From assembly GCF_963921235.1 (NCBI RefSeq), contig NC_086108.1:18910001-18974000 (forward strand): DNA of 64,000 nucleotides, written 5' to 3'. Each line of letters begins with the position of its first letter. Positions within the stretch are counted from its first letter, which is position 1. Of this stretch, positions 24,001 to 37,934 are shown piece by piece. Made by a program: the position numbers and the translations under genes. Origin of the DNA: Mobula hypostoma (Eukaryota). Under the pieces are notes generated by a model. It was given only the letters and a program-made list of their open reading frames with translations, made no database searches and had not been told where the DNA came from.

Positions 24001-27000
24001 AAATTTTTAATTGGGGAAGGGGAAATTATGAGGCTATAAGGCTAGAACTCGCGGGTGTGAATTGGGATGATCTTTTTACAGGGAAATGTACTATGGACAT
24101 GCGGTCGACGTTTAGAGATCTCTTGCAGGATGTTAGGGATAAATTTGCCTGGTGAGGAAGATAAAGAATGGTAGGGTGAAGGAACCATGGGTGAAAGTGA
24201 GGTGGAAAATCTAGTCAGGTGGAAGAAGGCAGCATACTTGAGGTTTAGGAAGCAAGGATCAGATGGGTCTATTGAGGAATATAGGGAAGCAAGAAAGGAG
24301 CTTAAGAAGGGGCTGAGAAGAGCAAGAAGGGGGCATGAGAACGCCTTGGTGAGTAGGGTAAAGGAAAACCCCAAGGCATTCTTCAATTATGTGAAGAAAA
24401 AAAGGAAGGCAGGAGTGAGGGTAGGACCGATTAGAGATAAAGGTGGGAAGATGTGCCTGGAGGCTGTGGAAGTGAGCGAGGTCCACAATGAATACTTCTC
24501 TTCGGTATTCACCAATGAGAGGGAACTTGATGATGGTAAGGATAATTTGAGTGAGGTTGATGTTCTGGAGCATGTTGATATTAAGGGAGAGGAGGTGTTG
24601 GAGTTGTTAAAATACATTAGGACGGATAAGTCCCCGGGGCCTGACGGAATATTCCCCAGGCTGCTCCAAAAGGCAAGGGAAGAGATTACTGAGTCTCTAG
24701 CTAGGATCTTTGTGTCCTCGTTGTACATGGGAATGGTACCGGAGGATTGAAGGGAGGCAAATGTTGTCCCTTTGTTCAAAGAAGGTAGTAGGGATAGTCC
24801 GCGTAATTATAGACCAGTGAGCCTTACGTCTGTGGTGGGAAAGCTGTTGGAAAAGATTCTTAGAGATAGGATCTCTGGGCATTTAGAGAATCATGGTCTG
24901 ATCAGGGACAGTCAGCATGGCTTTGTGAAGGGCAGATTGTGTCTAACAAGCCTGATAGAGTTCTTTGAGGAGGTGACCAGGCATATAGATGAGGGTAGTG
25001 CAAGAGATGTGATCTATATGGATTTTAGTAAGGCATCTGACAAGGTTCCACACGGTAGGCTCATTCAGAAAGTCAGAAGGCATGGGATCCGGGGAAGTTT
25101 GGCCAGGTGGATTCAGAATTGGCTTACCTGCAGAAGGCAGAGGGTCGTGGTGGAGGGAGTACATTCAGATTGGAGAATTGTGACTAGTGGTGTCCCACAA
25201 GGATCTGTTCTGGGACCTCGACTTTTCATGATTTTTATTAAAGACCTGGATGTGGGGGTAGAAGGTTGTGTTGGCAAGTTTGCAGAGGACACAAAGGTTG
25301 GTGGTGTTTTAGATAGTGTAGAGGATTGTCAAAGATTGCAGAGAGACATTGATAGGCTGCAGAAGTGGGCTGAGAAGTGGCAGATGGAGTTCAACCCGGA
25401 GAAGTGTGAGGTGGTACACTTTGGAAGGACAAACTCCAAGGAAGAGTACAAAGTAAATAGCAGGATACTTGGTAGTGTGGAGGAGCAGAGGGATCTGGGG
25501 GTACATGTCCACAGATCCCTGAAAGTTGCCTCACAGGTGGACAGGGTAGTTAAGAAAGTTTATGGGGTGTTAGCTTTCATAAGTCAAGGGATAGAGTTTA
25601 AGAGTGGCGATGTAATGATGCAGCTCTATCAAACTCTGGTTAGGCTACACTTGGAGCACTGTGTCCAGTTCTGGTCGCCTCACTATAGGAAGGATGTGGA
25701 AGCGTTAGAAAGGGTACAGAGGAGATTTACCAGGATGCTGCCTGGTTTAGAGAGTATGCATTATGATAAGAGATTAAAGGAGCTAGAGCTTTACTCTTTG
25801 GAGAGAAGGAGGATGAGAGGAGACATGATAGAGGTGTACAAGATAATAAGAGGAATAGATAGAGTGGACAGCCAGTGCCTCTTCCCCAGGGCACCACTGC
25901 TCAATACAAGAGGACGTGGCTTTAAGGTAAGGGGTGGGAAGTTCAAGGGGGATATTAGAGGAAGGTTTTTACTCAGAGAGTGGTTGGTGCGTGGAATGCA
26001 CTGCCTGAGTCAGTGGTGGAGGCAGATACACTAGAGACCACAGACAGGTATTTCCCAATACCAGATCAAGTACAGCCTCTCCTCTTGTAGGCTTATCTAC
26101 ATATTGCATCATGAAATCTTCCTGAACACACCTAACAAACTCCACCCCATCTAAACCCCTTGTGCTAAGGAGATGTCAGTCAATATTAGGAAAGTTAAAA
26201 TCTCCCATCAAAACAACCCTATTATTATTGCAGCATTCCAGAATCTGCCTCCCTATCTGCTCCTCGGTGTCCCTGTTACTATTTGGGGGTTTATAAAAAC
26301 CATCCAGTAGAGTTATTGCCACATTCCTGTTTCTGACTTCCACCTACACTGATTCATTAGATAATCCCTCCATGACTTTCTCCTTTTCTGCAGCCGTGAC
26401 ACGATCCCCAATTAGCAATGCTGCGCCCCCACCTCTTTTGCTTCACTCTCTGTTCTTTTTGAAACATCTAAAGCCTGGCACACTCAGCAGCCATTGCTGT
26501 TCCTGAGACATCCAAGTCTCTGTAATGGCTACAACGTCACAGTTCCACGTATTGATCCACGCTCTAAGTTTATCCGCCTTGTTTATGATACTCCTTGCAT
26601 TAAAATAGACACATCTCAAACTATCAGGCTGAGTGCATCTTTGCTTTAACATCCACCTATCCTTCCTCACAAACTCCCTACAAGCTGTCTCTACTTTTGC
26701 TCCAACTTCCCCATCTTTTGCCTCTTCACTTCAGTTCCCACTCCCCTGCAAATCTAGTTTAAACCTTTCCCAATAGCATTAGCAAACCTCCCCGCCAGGA
26801 TATTGGTCCCCTTTGGATTCAAGTGCAACCCATCCTTTTTGTACAGGTCACACCTGTCCCATAAGAGGTCCCAATGATCCAGAAATCTGAATCCCTGCCC
26901 CCTGTTCCAATCCTTTAGCCACACGTTTATCCACCACTTCATTCTATTCCTACACTCACTGTCGCATGGGACAGGCAGCAATCCCGAGATTACTACCCTT

Positions 27001-27167
27001 GATATCCTGCTTCTCAGCATCCTCCCTAATTCCTAATTCCCTGTATTCTGCTTTCAGGATCTCGTTTCTTTTTCTAACTATGTCTTTGGTACCAATATGT
27101 ACGAAAATATCTGGCTGCTCACCTTTCCATTTCAGGATATTGTGGATGTGTTCAGAAACATCACGAA
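21095..27167 (-). mobile_element. CR1 LINE (copy C), in pieces 21095-~23173 and ~26036-27167
   Basis: 3' tail near 21095; RT fragments 21236-22528; APE (VAITETW) 26443-26670; ORF1 esterase (VHIGTKD, DGLHLN) 26754-27165. Flanked by agcat duplication at 21090-21094 and 27168-27172. Confidence 0.88.
23174..26035 (+). mobile_element. CR1 LINE (copy D) ORF2, nested in copy C and lacking its 3' tail
   Basis: APE (YLNARSIRNK, AITETWL, MGDFNFP, DSDH) and RT (QHGF, GVPQG, KFAED) ORFs 23267-26034. Ends abruptly before the 3' UTR. Confidence 0.92.
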
Positions 27168-28679
27168 AGCATCTTCCCAACTACTGATGTCAGGCTGATT
27201 GGCCTATAATTCCCTTTCTTCTGCCTGCCTCTCTTCTCAAAGAGTGGAATGACATTTTTAACTTTCCAGTCCTCCAGAACCTTTCCAGAATCTAGTGATT
27301 CTTGAAAGATCATTACTAATGCCTCCACAATCTCTTCAACTACCTCTTTCAGAACCCTGTGATGTAGTCCATCTGGTCCAGGTGACTTATCTACCTTGAA
27401 ACCTTTCAGCATCCCAAGCTCCTTCTCCTTATTAATAGTAACTACATTCACTTGTGCGTCCTGACACCCTCGTATTTCTGGCACACTGCCAGTGTCTTCT
27501 ACAGTGAAGACTGATGCAAAATATTTAATTCAGTCTGTTCGCAAATTTCTTTATCCCCCATTACTACCTCTCCAATATCATTTTCCAGCAGTCCAATATC
27601 CACTCTCGCCTCTCTTCTACTCTTTATACCTGTATATCTGTAAAACATTTGATGTTTTTGGCTAGCCTACCTTCATATTTCATCTTTTCTCTCATGTTTC
27701 TTTTAGTTGTATTCTGCTAGTTTTTAAAAGCTTCCCAATCCTCCAACTTCCCACAAATGTTTGGTGTAATAATTTGCTTTTATGCTGTTTTGACTTCCCT
27801 TGTCAGCCGTGGTTGTCTCATATTCCCTTTAGAATACTTCTTTGGGATGTATCTACCTTGTACCTTCCAAATTGCACCCAGAAATCCAGTCTTTGTCGCT
27901 CTGCCATCAACCTTGCTAGTGTTCCCTTACGATTACCTTTGGCCAGCTCCTCTGTCATGCCTCTGTAATTCCACTTTACTCTACTGTAATACTGATACAT
28001 CTGACTTTAGCTGCTCCTCTCAAACTTCAGGGTGAACACTGTCATATTATGATCACTGTCTCCCAAGCGTTCCTTTACCTAAAGCTCCCTAATCAAATCT
28101 GGTTCATTGCAGAACACACAATCCAGAACTGACTTTCCCCAAGTGGGCTGAACTACCAGCACTTTTAAAAAGCCATCTCATGGGCATTCTACAAATTCCT
28201 TCTCTTGGGATCCAGCACCAACTGATTTTCCCAATCTACTTGAGTATTGAAATCCTCATGACTATTGTAACATTGCCCTTATTACATGCCTTTTCTATTT
28301 CCCATTGACTGTTTTATCCCACATTATGCCTACTGTCAGGGGCCTGTATATAACTCACATTAGTGTCTTTTACCCTTGCAGTTTCTTAACTCTACCCACA
28401 TGGATTCTGCATCTTCCCATCCTATGTTACTTCTTTCTATGGTTTTGATTTCATTTTTTATCAACAGGGCCACCCCCACCCCCTCTGCCTATCTGCCTGT
28501 CATTTTGGTTTAAGGTATACCCTTGGATGTTAAGCTCCCAACTATGATCTTCTTTCAGCCACGACCCAGTGATGCCCACATCACACCTGCCAATTTCTAA
28601 TTGCACTACAAGATTATCTATTTTATTCCATATCCTGTGTGTATTCATGTATATTAATATATTGTCCTTACCTACTACC

Positions 28680-30610
28680 CATGAGCTTCAACATCCAGCA
28701 CGTCATTCTCCACAACATCCACCATCAACAGGATCCTAGCGCTAAACACGTCTTCACCCCCACACCCCCCTCCCCACTCTGTTTTCTGCAGGGATTGCTC
28801 TCAACATGACTCCCTTATCTGGTTATTTCTCCCCACTGATGGCCCTCCTGGCACTTATCCCTGCAAGTGAGACATGTGCTACACTTGCCCCTTCACCTCT
28901 TCCCTCTCTACCACTCAGAGTCCCAAACAGTCTTTCCAGGTGAGATCTGTCGGGGTCATCGACTGTATCCAGTGCTCCAGGTGTGGCCTCATCTCCATCA
29001 GTGATACCTGACACTGATTGGGGGACCGCTTCGACCAGCACCTTCCGCCACAACAGGTGGGAATTCCCAGCAGCCGCCCTTTTAAACATGATTTCCCATA
29101 CCCATTCTGACATTCTGTGGACTCCTCTACTGTCACGATGAGCTGTCTCTCATATTCTGTCTGGATAGCCTCCAATCTGATGGCATGAACATTGATTACT
29201 CTCCTCCCCCCCCCTCTCTTTTTCAATTTTCCATTCAGTTCCTCTCTTACTCCTTCTCTTCTCTCTTACACACTGGAGGCTGTGGTAGAACAAAGGACCT
29301 AACAGAAAATGCTGGCAATTCTGGGCAATGTTTCTCACCCTCTGCATGCCACCTTGGCTGAACAGAGGAGCACTTTTAATAATAGACTAAGACAACTGAG
29401 CTGCTCCAAAGAGCGCTATATGAGGTCATTCTTACCCTCGGCCATTAGACTCGATAATGAATCAACCTATAGCCAGGGAAGTGATAACCTCCTTGTGTTA
29501 GACGATTTGAGGTAACTTACTTTTTATTCTTTCTTACTTTTCTTCTAATATTTGTATATCTGTGCACCTGTAATGCTCCTGTGACACCGTAATTTCCTTT
29601 GCGAGGAGCAGAAGATGGCAGTGCGATGCAGTGCGCAGCGGCCACTCCGGTGAATGATATCTGTTATTTGTCAAATAGGGTGCCGTGCACAATCCTGATT
29701 TGATGGAGACAGATGTGAGAGCACAGAGGAACATCTGGAGAAACTTCTGAAATGTCTGCTTCGCTGCCGCTGCTACTGTGCAATCCAGAAACTCCAGAGG
29801 AGAAGACCCCGAGTCCTCCGCTTTGCTTGTTACTCAACAGCCGGGGCGAGGTCGAAGCGCTCAGCAGAGGATGGCGGTCAGGAGGCTGTATCGGAGGGGT
29901 TGGTCAGAGGCTCGAAGTTTTCAGACAGACTCAGAGTCAGCTGTGGTCGGGTGCTTCCAATGCATCGGCAGTTGTCAGCGCCTGGAGGTTTATGGCAGAC
30001 AGAGTTTCTCCCTTTTGCTGCCTGCTATCAGGACTATCGGAACTTTGAGACTTTTTTTTTACAGTGCCCATGGTCTGCTCTTTATCAAATTATGGTATTG
30101 CTTTGCACTGCTGTAACCATGTGTTATAATTTATGTGGGTTTTTTTCAGTGTTAGTCTTTGGTTTGTCCTTGTTTTTTTTGTGATATCACTCTGGAGGAA
30201 CATGCATGCATTTCTAAATGACAATAAACGAGGACTGAGTGTCCTTATAATCTAATCAGTCTAATCTAATCTATCTATCTATCTCTTCTCCTCACCTGCC
30301 TATCATCTCCAACTACTGCCCCTCTTCCTTCCCCTTCTCTCATGGCCCACTGTCCTCCCCTATCAGAGTCCTTCTTCTTCATTCCTTAACCTTCCTACCT
30401 TTCACCTCCCAAATATGCACTTCATCCATCCTCCCCCATTTCCCCACGTCCCCATCACTGATTCCATCTATCACCTGACAGCTTGTGCTTCTTCCCTTCA
30501 CCCAACCTTCTTCTAGCTTCTTTCCCCCTTCCTTTCCTGTCCTCAATTGTTTATTCCACTCCATAGATGCTGCCTGACCTGCTGAGTTCCTCCAGCATTG
30601 TGCATGTATT
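28680..30610 (+). mobile_element. Degenerate Penelope-like fragment interrupted by a Rex-like 3' fragment (~29270-29600) and a SINE-like element (~29600-30285)
   Basis: 28680-29200 resembles the GIY-YIG region at 8670-9390. 30290-30610 resembles the pyrimidine-rich 3' region and terminal repeat. The insert resembles 4630-5255. Confidence 0.65.
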
Positions 30611-30824
30611 AATTATTTACTGTTATCTTTGTGTTGAAGAAGTATAGAACATCACATCAGGAGAGTGAGACTCTTTTGGATTCTCCTGGAGAGTTGCTAT
30701 GTGAATAAAGAATTTATTTTTCTCAGTTACAGCTTCCATGTGGCTCAGCTTTAGTCTGTCACAACAATTACCAGAGCCAGGCACAACAGGGCACAGGGTT
30801 AATAAGATCAGAGAGCTAAATACA

Positions 30825-31025
30825 TGGTGGCACAGTAGCATTGTGGTTAGCACAATGTTTTACACTACTAGTAACCCGGGTTCAATTCCCATCACTCCCT
30901 GTAAAGAATTTGTACGTTCTTCCCATGAATATGTGGGTTTCCTCTGGGTTCTCTAGTTTCCTTCCATAGTCCAAAAATGCACCGGTTGGTAGGTTAAATG
31001 GGCATTGTAAATTGTCCTGTGATTA
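30825..31025 (+). mobile_element. tRNA-derived SINE (V-SINE/HE1-like)
   Basis: A-box-like ggtggcacagtagc..gtggttagcac and B-box ggttcaattccc, followed by the central domain gtgggtttcctc.gggt..tc.gtttcct. Confidence 0.7.
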
Positions 31026-33284
31026 TTTAAATGGGGAGCAAAATCAGAAATTGGAGGTGCAACAGGAGTTGGGAGTCCTCGTGCAGAATTTCCTATAGAT
31101 CAACTTGCAGGTTGTGTCAGGAAGGCAAATGCAATGTTAGCATTCATTTCCAGAGGACTCAAATATAAAAGCAATGATGCAATGCTAAGGCTTTATAAGA
31201 TATTGGTCAGGCAACATCTGAAGTATTGTGATCAGTTTTGTGCACCATATTTAAAGGAGAATGTGCATTTGATGGCTTTAGGCCTGTGTTTGGTGGAGCT
31301 CAGAAGAATGAAGGGTGACCTCTTTGACAGCTACTGAAAATTGAAAGGCCTGGATAGAGTGAACATGCAGAGGATGTTGTCAATAGTGGGAGAATTTAGG
31401 AGCAGAGGGCACAATCCTGACCTCGGGGTGCTGGCTGTATGGAGTCTGCACATTCTCCCAGTGACCCCACAGGTTTATCCTGGGCTCTGTGGTTTCCTCA
31501 CACATCCCTAAACTGATGTAGGTTAATTGGCCATTGTAAATTATCCCTTCAAGGGGCAAAAAAATCATAGCAGTTAGGAACAAGGACAAGCCATTCATTG
31601 GCTGATCATCCAAATTCAATGTAGACACATCAGACTGCAGATGTTGGGATGAGGTGCTGGAGGAATTCTGTGGGTCAAGCAGTGTCTGTGAAGGCAAAGG
31701 GATAGTCAAGAATTCAGGCTGAAACCCTGCATCAGGACTGAGAATGTAAAGGACATTTTTCTTCAGTCCAGCCCAGCTTATCCCTCATCCTTAGACCTGT
31801 GACCCCTGTCCCTGAAACCCTTAAACTAGGAACATTCTAGATCTCAGCTGTCCAGTCCTGTTAAACTTTTGTAGTTTCTAACAGATACCTTCCCTTAAAC
31901 TTCAAGGAATTGAGTAAGCATGTTCTTGCTGTGGAGGGAGTTCAGAAAAAAAATTACCAGAATAATCCTTGGGATGGCAGGACAAATGTATAAAACAACA
32001 TTGTACAAATTGTGATCCAATCTCTCTTTACACATTAGTTCTGCCATCCCAGGGATCAATCAGTCTGATGAATCCGTACTGAATTCCCTCCTTAACAAGA
32101 ACATCCTCCTCAAATATGGAGACCAATATACTCAGTGCTCAATATGTAGTCTCACCAGAGGCCTGCACAAGTACAATAAGACATCCCTACTTATGTACTC
32201 AATTCCACCCCCCTCACCACCCAGTATGAAGGGTAGCATACCGTTTGCATCATTCATTACCTGCTACACTTGCAATCTCATTGATTGGTGCACAAGGTCA
32301 CACAGATCTCATGGCACTCCTCCTTTCACAATCTCTCACAGTCAGTTGATAACTTGCCTTCCGACTATAGCCACCGCAGTAAATAACCCTACCCTTATCC
32401 CCATTACTGTGCATCTGCCATGTTTCTGCCCACTCCCTCAACCTACCCAAATCTCTCTGGAACCTCTCTCCATCCTCTCACAATTGCCTACCTTCTCAGT
32501 TTTGTGCCTTCTGCAAACTCAGAGCCATTACATTTAACTCCCTTGTAAAATTACTGATGTATGGAGAATAGCTGATGTCCCAGCACTGATCCCTATGGGA
32601 TCCCATGAGTCACATCAGAGTAACCACTTGGAAAAAGACTCAGTAACTCCTGCACTTTCTTTCTTGTTAGTGAACCAGTCAGCACCTTACCAACAAAACT
32701 ATCTGCTTTATTTTTACAAGCTCATCTCTTACGTGGGACTCGATCAAAAATTTTCTGGGAGTCCAAATTCACCTCATTTGCTGGCTCCCTCTCATTATTT
32801 TCCTCGTTATATCCTCATAATATTCCAGTAAGTTTGTCAAGAATGATAGCTCTTTAGTAAATTTCTTGACTTTGTCCCATCCTGTCACTCTTCCATCAAT
32901 TGCTTCTCATACCTCCTTATCAGTATCCAGCTCTGGTAGCCCTTTGTGTTTCTGTTTTATCTCCCTCCAGCAGCTGTATCCTCCTTTCACACTCCCGTCC
33001 CCCACCAGACACACACACTCTCTCACACATTTCTCCATCTGTTCTTTATCCTCTTTTCCTCTCTCTCTTTATCTGTCTCTATCTATCATTCACCCACCAA
33101 TGTCTGCCAACTCCACTCTACTCGCCTCCCTTACCTGGCACTACCCGATTGTCATCTTACACCCCTCTTCAGCCCATCAAACACATCAAAATCCTTTCTC
33201 ACTGCTCCTTCTCCTCTTTATATGCATCATCTCCCCTCCCCACTCTTCAATCCTGATGTAAAATTTCGACCCAAAACATCAACA

Positions 33285-34095
33285 ACAGACAATAGACAAT
33301 AGGTGCAGAAGTAGACCATTCGGCCTTTCGAGCCTGCACCGCCATTCTGAGATCATGGCTGATCATTTACTATCAATACCCGGTTCCTGCCTTGTCCCCA
33401 TGACCCTTGATTCCCCTATCCATAAGATACCTATCTAGCTCCTTCTTGAAAGCATCCAGAGAATTGGCCTCCACTGCCTTCTGAGGCAGCGCATTCCACA
33501 CCTCCACAACTCTCTGGGAGAAGAAGTTCCTCCTCAACTCTGTCCTAAATGACCTACCCCTTATTCTTAAACCATGCCCTCTGGTACTGGACTCTCCCAG
33601 TATCTGGAACATATCTTGTCCAATCCCTTAATAATCTTATATGTCTCAATCAGATCCCCCCTCAATCTCCTTAATTCCAGCGTGTACAAGCCCAGTCTCT
33701 CTAACCTCTCTACGTAAGACAGTCCGGACATCCCAGGAATTAACCTAGTGAACCTACGCTGCACCTCCTCCACAGCCAGGATGTCCTTCCTTAACCCTGG
33801 AGACCAAAACTGCACACAATACTCCAGGTGTGGTCTCACCAGGGCCCTGTACAAATGCATAAGGATTTCCTTGCTCTTTACTCAATTCCCTTTGTAATAA
33901 AGGCCAACATTCCATTAGCCTTCTTCACTGCCTGCTGCACTTGCTCATTCACCTTCAGAGACTGATGAACAAGTACTCCTAGATCTCTTTGTATTTCTCC
34001 CTTACCTAACTCCACACCATTCAGATAATAATCTGCCTTCCTGTTCTTGCTCCCAAAGTGAATAACCTCACACTTAGTCACATTAAACACCATCT
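33285..34095 (-). mobile_element. 5'-truncated CR1 (copy F), same young family as copy A
   Basis: Near-identical to 2900-3720 reversed; (acaatag)n tail; carries a 13-nt deletion shared with copy G. Confidence 0.93.
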
Positions 34096-34114
34096 AGCAT
34101 TCCCCTTTCAGATG

Positions 34115-34600
34115 CTCAAAGCATGTCATCAAGTTTGCAGATGGCACCACAGTGGTTGGCCTCAGCAACAACGATGCTGAGATGGAGTATAGAGAAGAAG
34201 TGGAGCACCTAGTGGATTGGTGTGAGAAGAACAACTAAGTCTGAACGTGCAGAAGACCAAGGAACTCATTGTGGACCTCAGGAAGGTGCAGATGAACCAA
34301 CCTCTTCTGCGAATACATGGCTCTTCCGTAGAGAAAGTGAAGTGTACCAAGTTCCTGGGAGTTCACATCATGGATGACCTCACCTGGTCCCTTAATTTCA
34401 CCTCCCTGAACAAAAAGGCACAATTCCTAAGAAGACTGAGGCAAGGCTCCTCCAACCTCCCATCTTAACTGAATTTTACAGAACACCATTGAGAGCATCT
34501 TGACAAGCTATACCTGCATCTGGCATGGAAGCAGCCAAGTATCAGTCCAGAGCTCCCTATGAAGGACTGTGAGAACGGCTGAGAGGGTCATTGGGGATCC
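34115..34600 (+). mobile_element. Degenerate Rex/Babar-like RT fragment
   Basis: KFADG(T)TVVGL, KTKELIVD.RK, KFLGVHI.DDLTWS. Confidence 0.7.
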
Positions 34601-34828
34601 TTGTATCATTGGGGATCCTTGTATCATTGGCAAACTTGGCCACAAAGCCATCAAGTCTGTCATCCAAATCATTGACATATAACATAAAAAAGATATAATC
34701 CCAAAACTCAGCCATGCGCATCACCACTAGTCATCAGCAGCCAACCAGAAAAGAACCCCTTTATTTCCAGAAATATATCACTTTCATATTACTAAAAGTA
34801 TATTAATCCTAAAAATAAATTACTTTCT

Positions 34829-35303
34829 CAGGCTGGAGGAACAACACCTTATACCCGTCTGGGTAGCCTCCAACCTGATGGCATGAACACTGACTTCTCT
34901 AACTTCCGCTAATGCCCCACCTCCTCCTTGTACCCCATCCGTTACTTATTTACATACACACATTCTTTTTCTCTCTCTCCTTTTTCTCCCTCTGTCCCTT
35001 TCACTATACCCTTTGCCCATCTTCTGGGTTTTCCCCTTCCCCCTTTTCTTTCTCCCTAGGTCTCCTGTCCCATGATCCTCTCATATCCTTTTTGCCAATC
35101 AACTGTCCAGCTCTTGGCTCCATCCCTCCCCCTCCTGTCTTTTAACATTTCGGATCTCCCCCTTCCCCTTCCACTTTTAAATCTCTTACTAGCTCTTCTT
35201 TCAGTTAGTCCTGACGAAGGGTCTTGGCCTGAAACGTCGACTGTACCTCTTCCTAGAGATGCTGCCCGGCCTGCTGCGTTCACCAGCAACTTTTATGTAT
35301 GTT
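34829..35303 (+). mobile_element. Penelope-like 3' fragment containing an intact hammerhead
   Basis: Near-identical to 9315-9790. Confidence 0.88.
35206..35243 (+). ncRNA. Minimal type I hammerhead ribozyme (intact core)
   Basis: tagtc ctgacga a gggt-cttg-gcct gaaa cg tc^ gactg. Predicted cleavage after 35238. Confidence 0.77.
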
Positions 35304-37934
35304 ACTTTCTCAGGCAGTTTTATATTTCTTTTCCTTGGATGTACTCCTGTCCCTAGTTTCTTCTATAAGCCATGGTTTTCTTTTCGTACAGGAATGATAA
35401 CTTTGCACCCCCTTTAAACGCTAGCCATTTCCTATCCACTGTCAATCCTTTAAGCAACATTGCCCATTCTATGCTAACCAGATCACATCTCACCTTTGCA
35501 GTTTCCTTTATTTAGATACAGCACACTAATCTCAAAGCAATTTTCTCAGTTTACATCTAAATAAAGAATTCTATTAAAGATGAGTTGATAGCATGAGGAC
35601 AATGAGTAGCGGGAGAGTAGACAGGACAGGTAACAGGATTGCTCTGCTATGGGCTGGCATGGTCCAGATGGGCTGAACATCTTTCTTCTGTGTTGTGAAA
35701 TGATTGAACAGCGCCTTGAATGTTGAACACCGATCTGAGGCATTTTGCAGATGAGAAATGGACCAAAGGGATGATTTAACAAGCTAGATGCATAGAGAGC
35801 TTTCTCCAAGTATCCAGAATTGCTTTTGTGAATCAGACTTCCTAAAAAAAGTGCATTTATATAACACCTTTGATTGGAATGTCAAACCAAAGCTTTATTT
35901 GACTTGGTGTAACATCATTTCAGTGCCTTCGCCAATATCCATGCCTCAGTGAGAAAATTAACTTACTTTACAGATTATGAGATCTTGCTGTGCCTAAATT
36001 GCCTACTCCTTTTCCCACGTTGTATTTCATAGCCTATAAAGTGCTTCGGGGTGCTGCAGGAGAATTCCAAACAAAAATGTTCTTTCTTTTACACAGTGTA
36101 TTAAGACAGATGTTCTTCCTGGAGAAGAGGAGAGTGAAGAGGCTACAGGGCTAAACATTGTGGCTATATGTGTCACTGGGTACACCGAGCATTGCTCTTC
36201 CAGTAATGACCAGTGTCCCAGAAATAACTAAAGGTTGAGGCAAGTACTTAGCTTAAAAGGCAGTTAGACAGGTGCATAGACTGGAAAGGTTTCAATGGGC
36301 CAAACACTGGCAAATGGAGCCAACTTGAATGGGGCACTTTGATTGGCATTGACCATCTGGGCTGAGGGGCCGGTTTCCATCCTGTATAACTCTGACTCTA
36401 CCTACAGTTCACTAAATGATGCCATGAAACTACTTCTTGATTAAGCATGACTGCAGTGTCTACCTTACTGGATCTACCAGACTGTCACAAATTTACTCTA
36501 TTGAGCTAATGGTTCCTCCTCCCACTACAGTACTCCCCTTACCCTATGATTCACCTCCATTGTCAAAACTTACAACCTCTCACAGGTTCAATCACTTTGT
36601 TGATGCAGGGTTCCTTTTCAGATTTCCCACCTCCCATTTCTACAACATCCAATGTCAGACCATCCTGAAGTTCTCTCCAAGTAATGAAGAACCCTTAAAT
36701 ATAGAAACCCATCAACGTGCCAAGTTTCAGTCTGTCCAGTAGTGTTCTCACTAACTGTAAAGGTTGTAGACGTGAAGGGAATCTTAGTGCATAGCAAGAT
36801 CCCATAAACAGTACTACGACAAACCAGGAGCTGATCAAATATTATGCATAAGGCTGGATGAGGCTATTAGGTGGACCAGAATTGTCTACACTTTGGTACT
36901 GGAATACATTGGTTTAGGGATTAGATATACGTGGAGACTTTCCACCACATACTCTTTTTTTCTACAGTCAGTTGAGGGGTATGGTAGGCACACCTGCAAC
37001 AGTCAGCAGCAAGGCAGTTCAGTGTTTACTTGCATCAAAGTCAGGTTCTGCTCTGGATCTCTAAAATAACATCTTTCTTACCTACTGGAGGTGAGCATTG
37101 TAGACATCAATGGAATTTCAGTTTTCTGAATGTCCAGCATAACATGCCCCTTACACAAGGAGCAGTATGTCACTAGATTAAAGACCTAAAAATGTATCGC
37201 CCCTCTCACTCCAACTCAGTCTTACACTATCAGAGATATTCCATTCTGTCCTATCTGCCCCTCCCCACCTTCTCTACACCTTAACACCAACACATTCTTT
37301 TTACTATGCTAAGTCAAACTACATTTATTATTAGAGTATGTATACTATATTCAAGATTCATCTCCTTACAGGTAACCACAAAACAAAGAAACCTGATAGA
37401 ACCCATTTAAAAAATGACTGTCAAACAACCAATGTGCAGGAAAAAAAACAATTGTGCAAATAATTAAAGAAAACAAATAACATTCAGAACTGGAGTTCAC
37501 GAAAGTCAGTCCACAGCCATGAATCCAGTCACAGACAATCCAGGAGCCTGTTAGTTGCAAGCCACGGCCTCAGTTCAGCGCAGAGATAAGTAAACCTCAC
37601 ATAGCAGCGAGCTGAACATTGGCCCATTCCTCACCTCCAGCCCCAACACCCTGACCTTTTCAATCTAGCCCCGCGCTTATATTGGCCAAACCTCGGGTCA
37701 TTCCTCACTCTTGGATCCGGCCCCTGCCACTTTGATATGTCCTCGTCCCCAAGCCCCACCACCTCCATGCCATGCCGCAACCATCCTGCACCCTTGACAA
37801 TTCAGTTCACACCACAAAATAACTAGGTCATTCAGGTGGTTCAAAAGCTCAACTTCAAAAGGGAAGTTACAGGCAATTGATTGCAGAGATCATTTTCAAG
37901 AAAAAGGGAGAGTAATAAAGTAGTTAATATTTGT

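Larger units (their letters stand above)
16100..28650 (-). mobile_element. Old CR1 LINE (host of a nest), in four pieces: ~16100-16637, ~20090-20151, 20941-21094 and 27168-~28650
   Basis: The pieces translate on the minus strand as consecutive parts of one ORF2: APE (ITGSWL, ~28450-28650), PGPDG/RPISLTSVVGKML (27170-27480), then the QHG region, then GVPQ/FADD (16233-16637). Confidence 0.8.

Noticed and set aside
31915..32110. Inverted pair of degenerate CR1 fragments
   Set aside because: Too diverged to define or to pair stably; probably an old inversion or two adjacent fragments.
32866..33302. Overlapping 118-131 aa ORFs in all three plus frames
   Set aside because: Pyrimidine-rich, low-complexity Penelope 3' region that lacks stop codons by composition.
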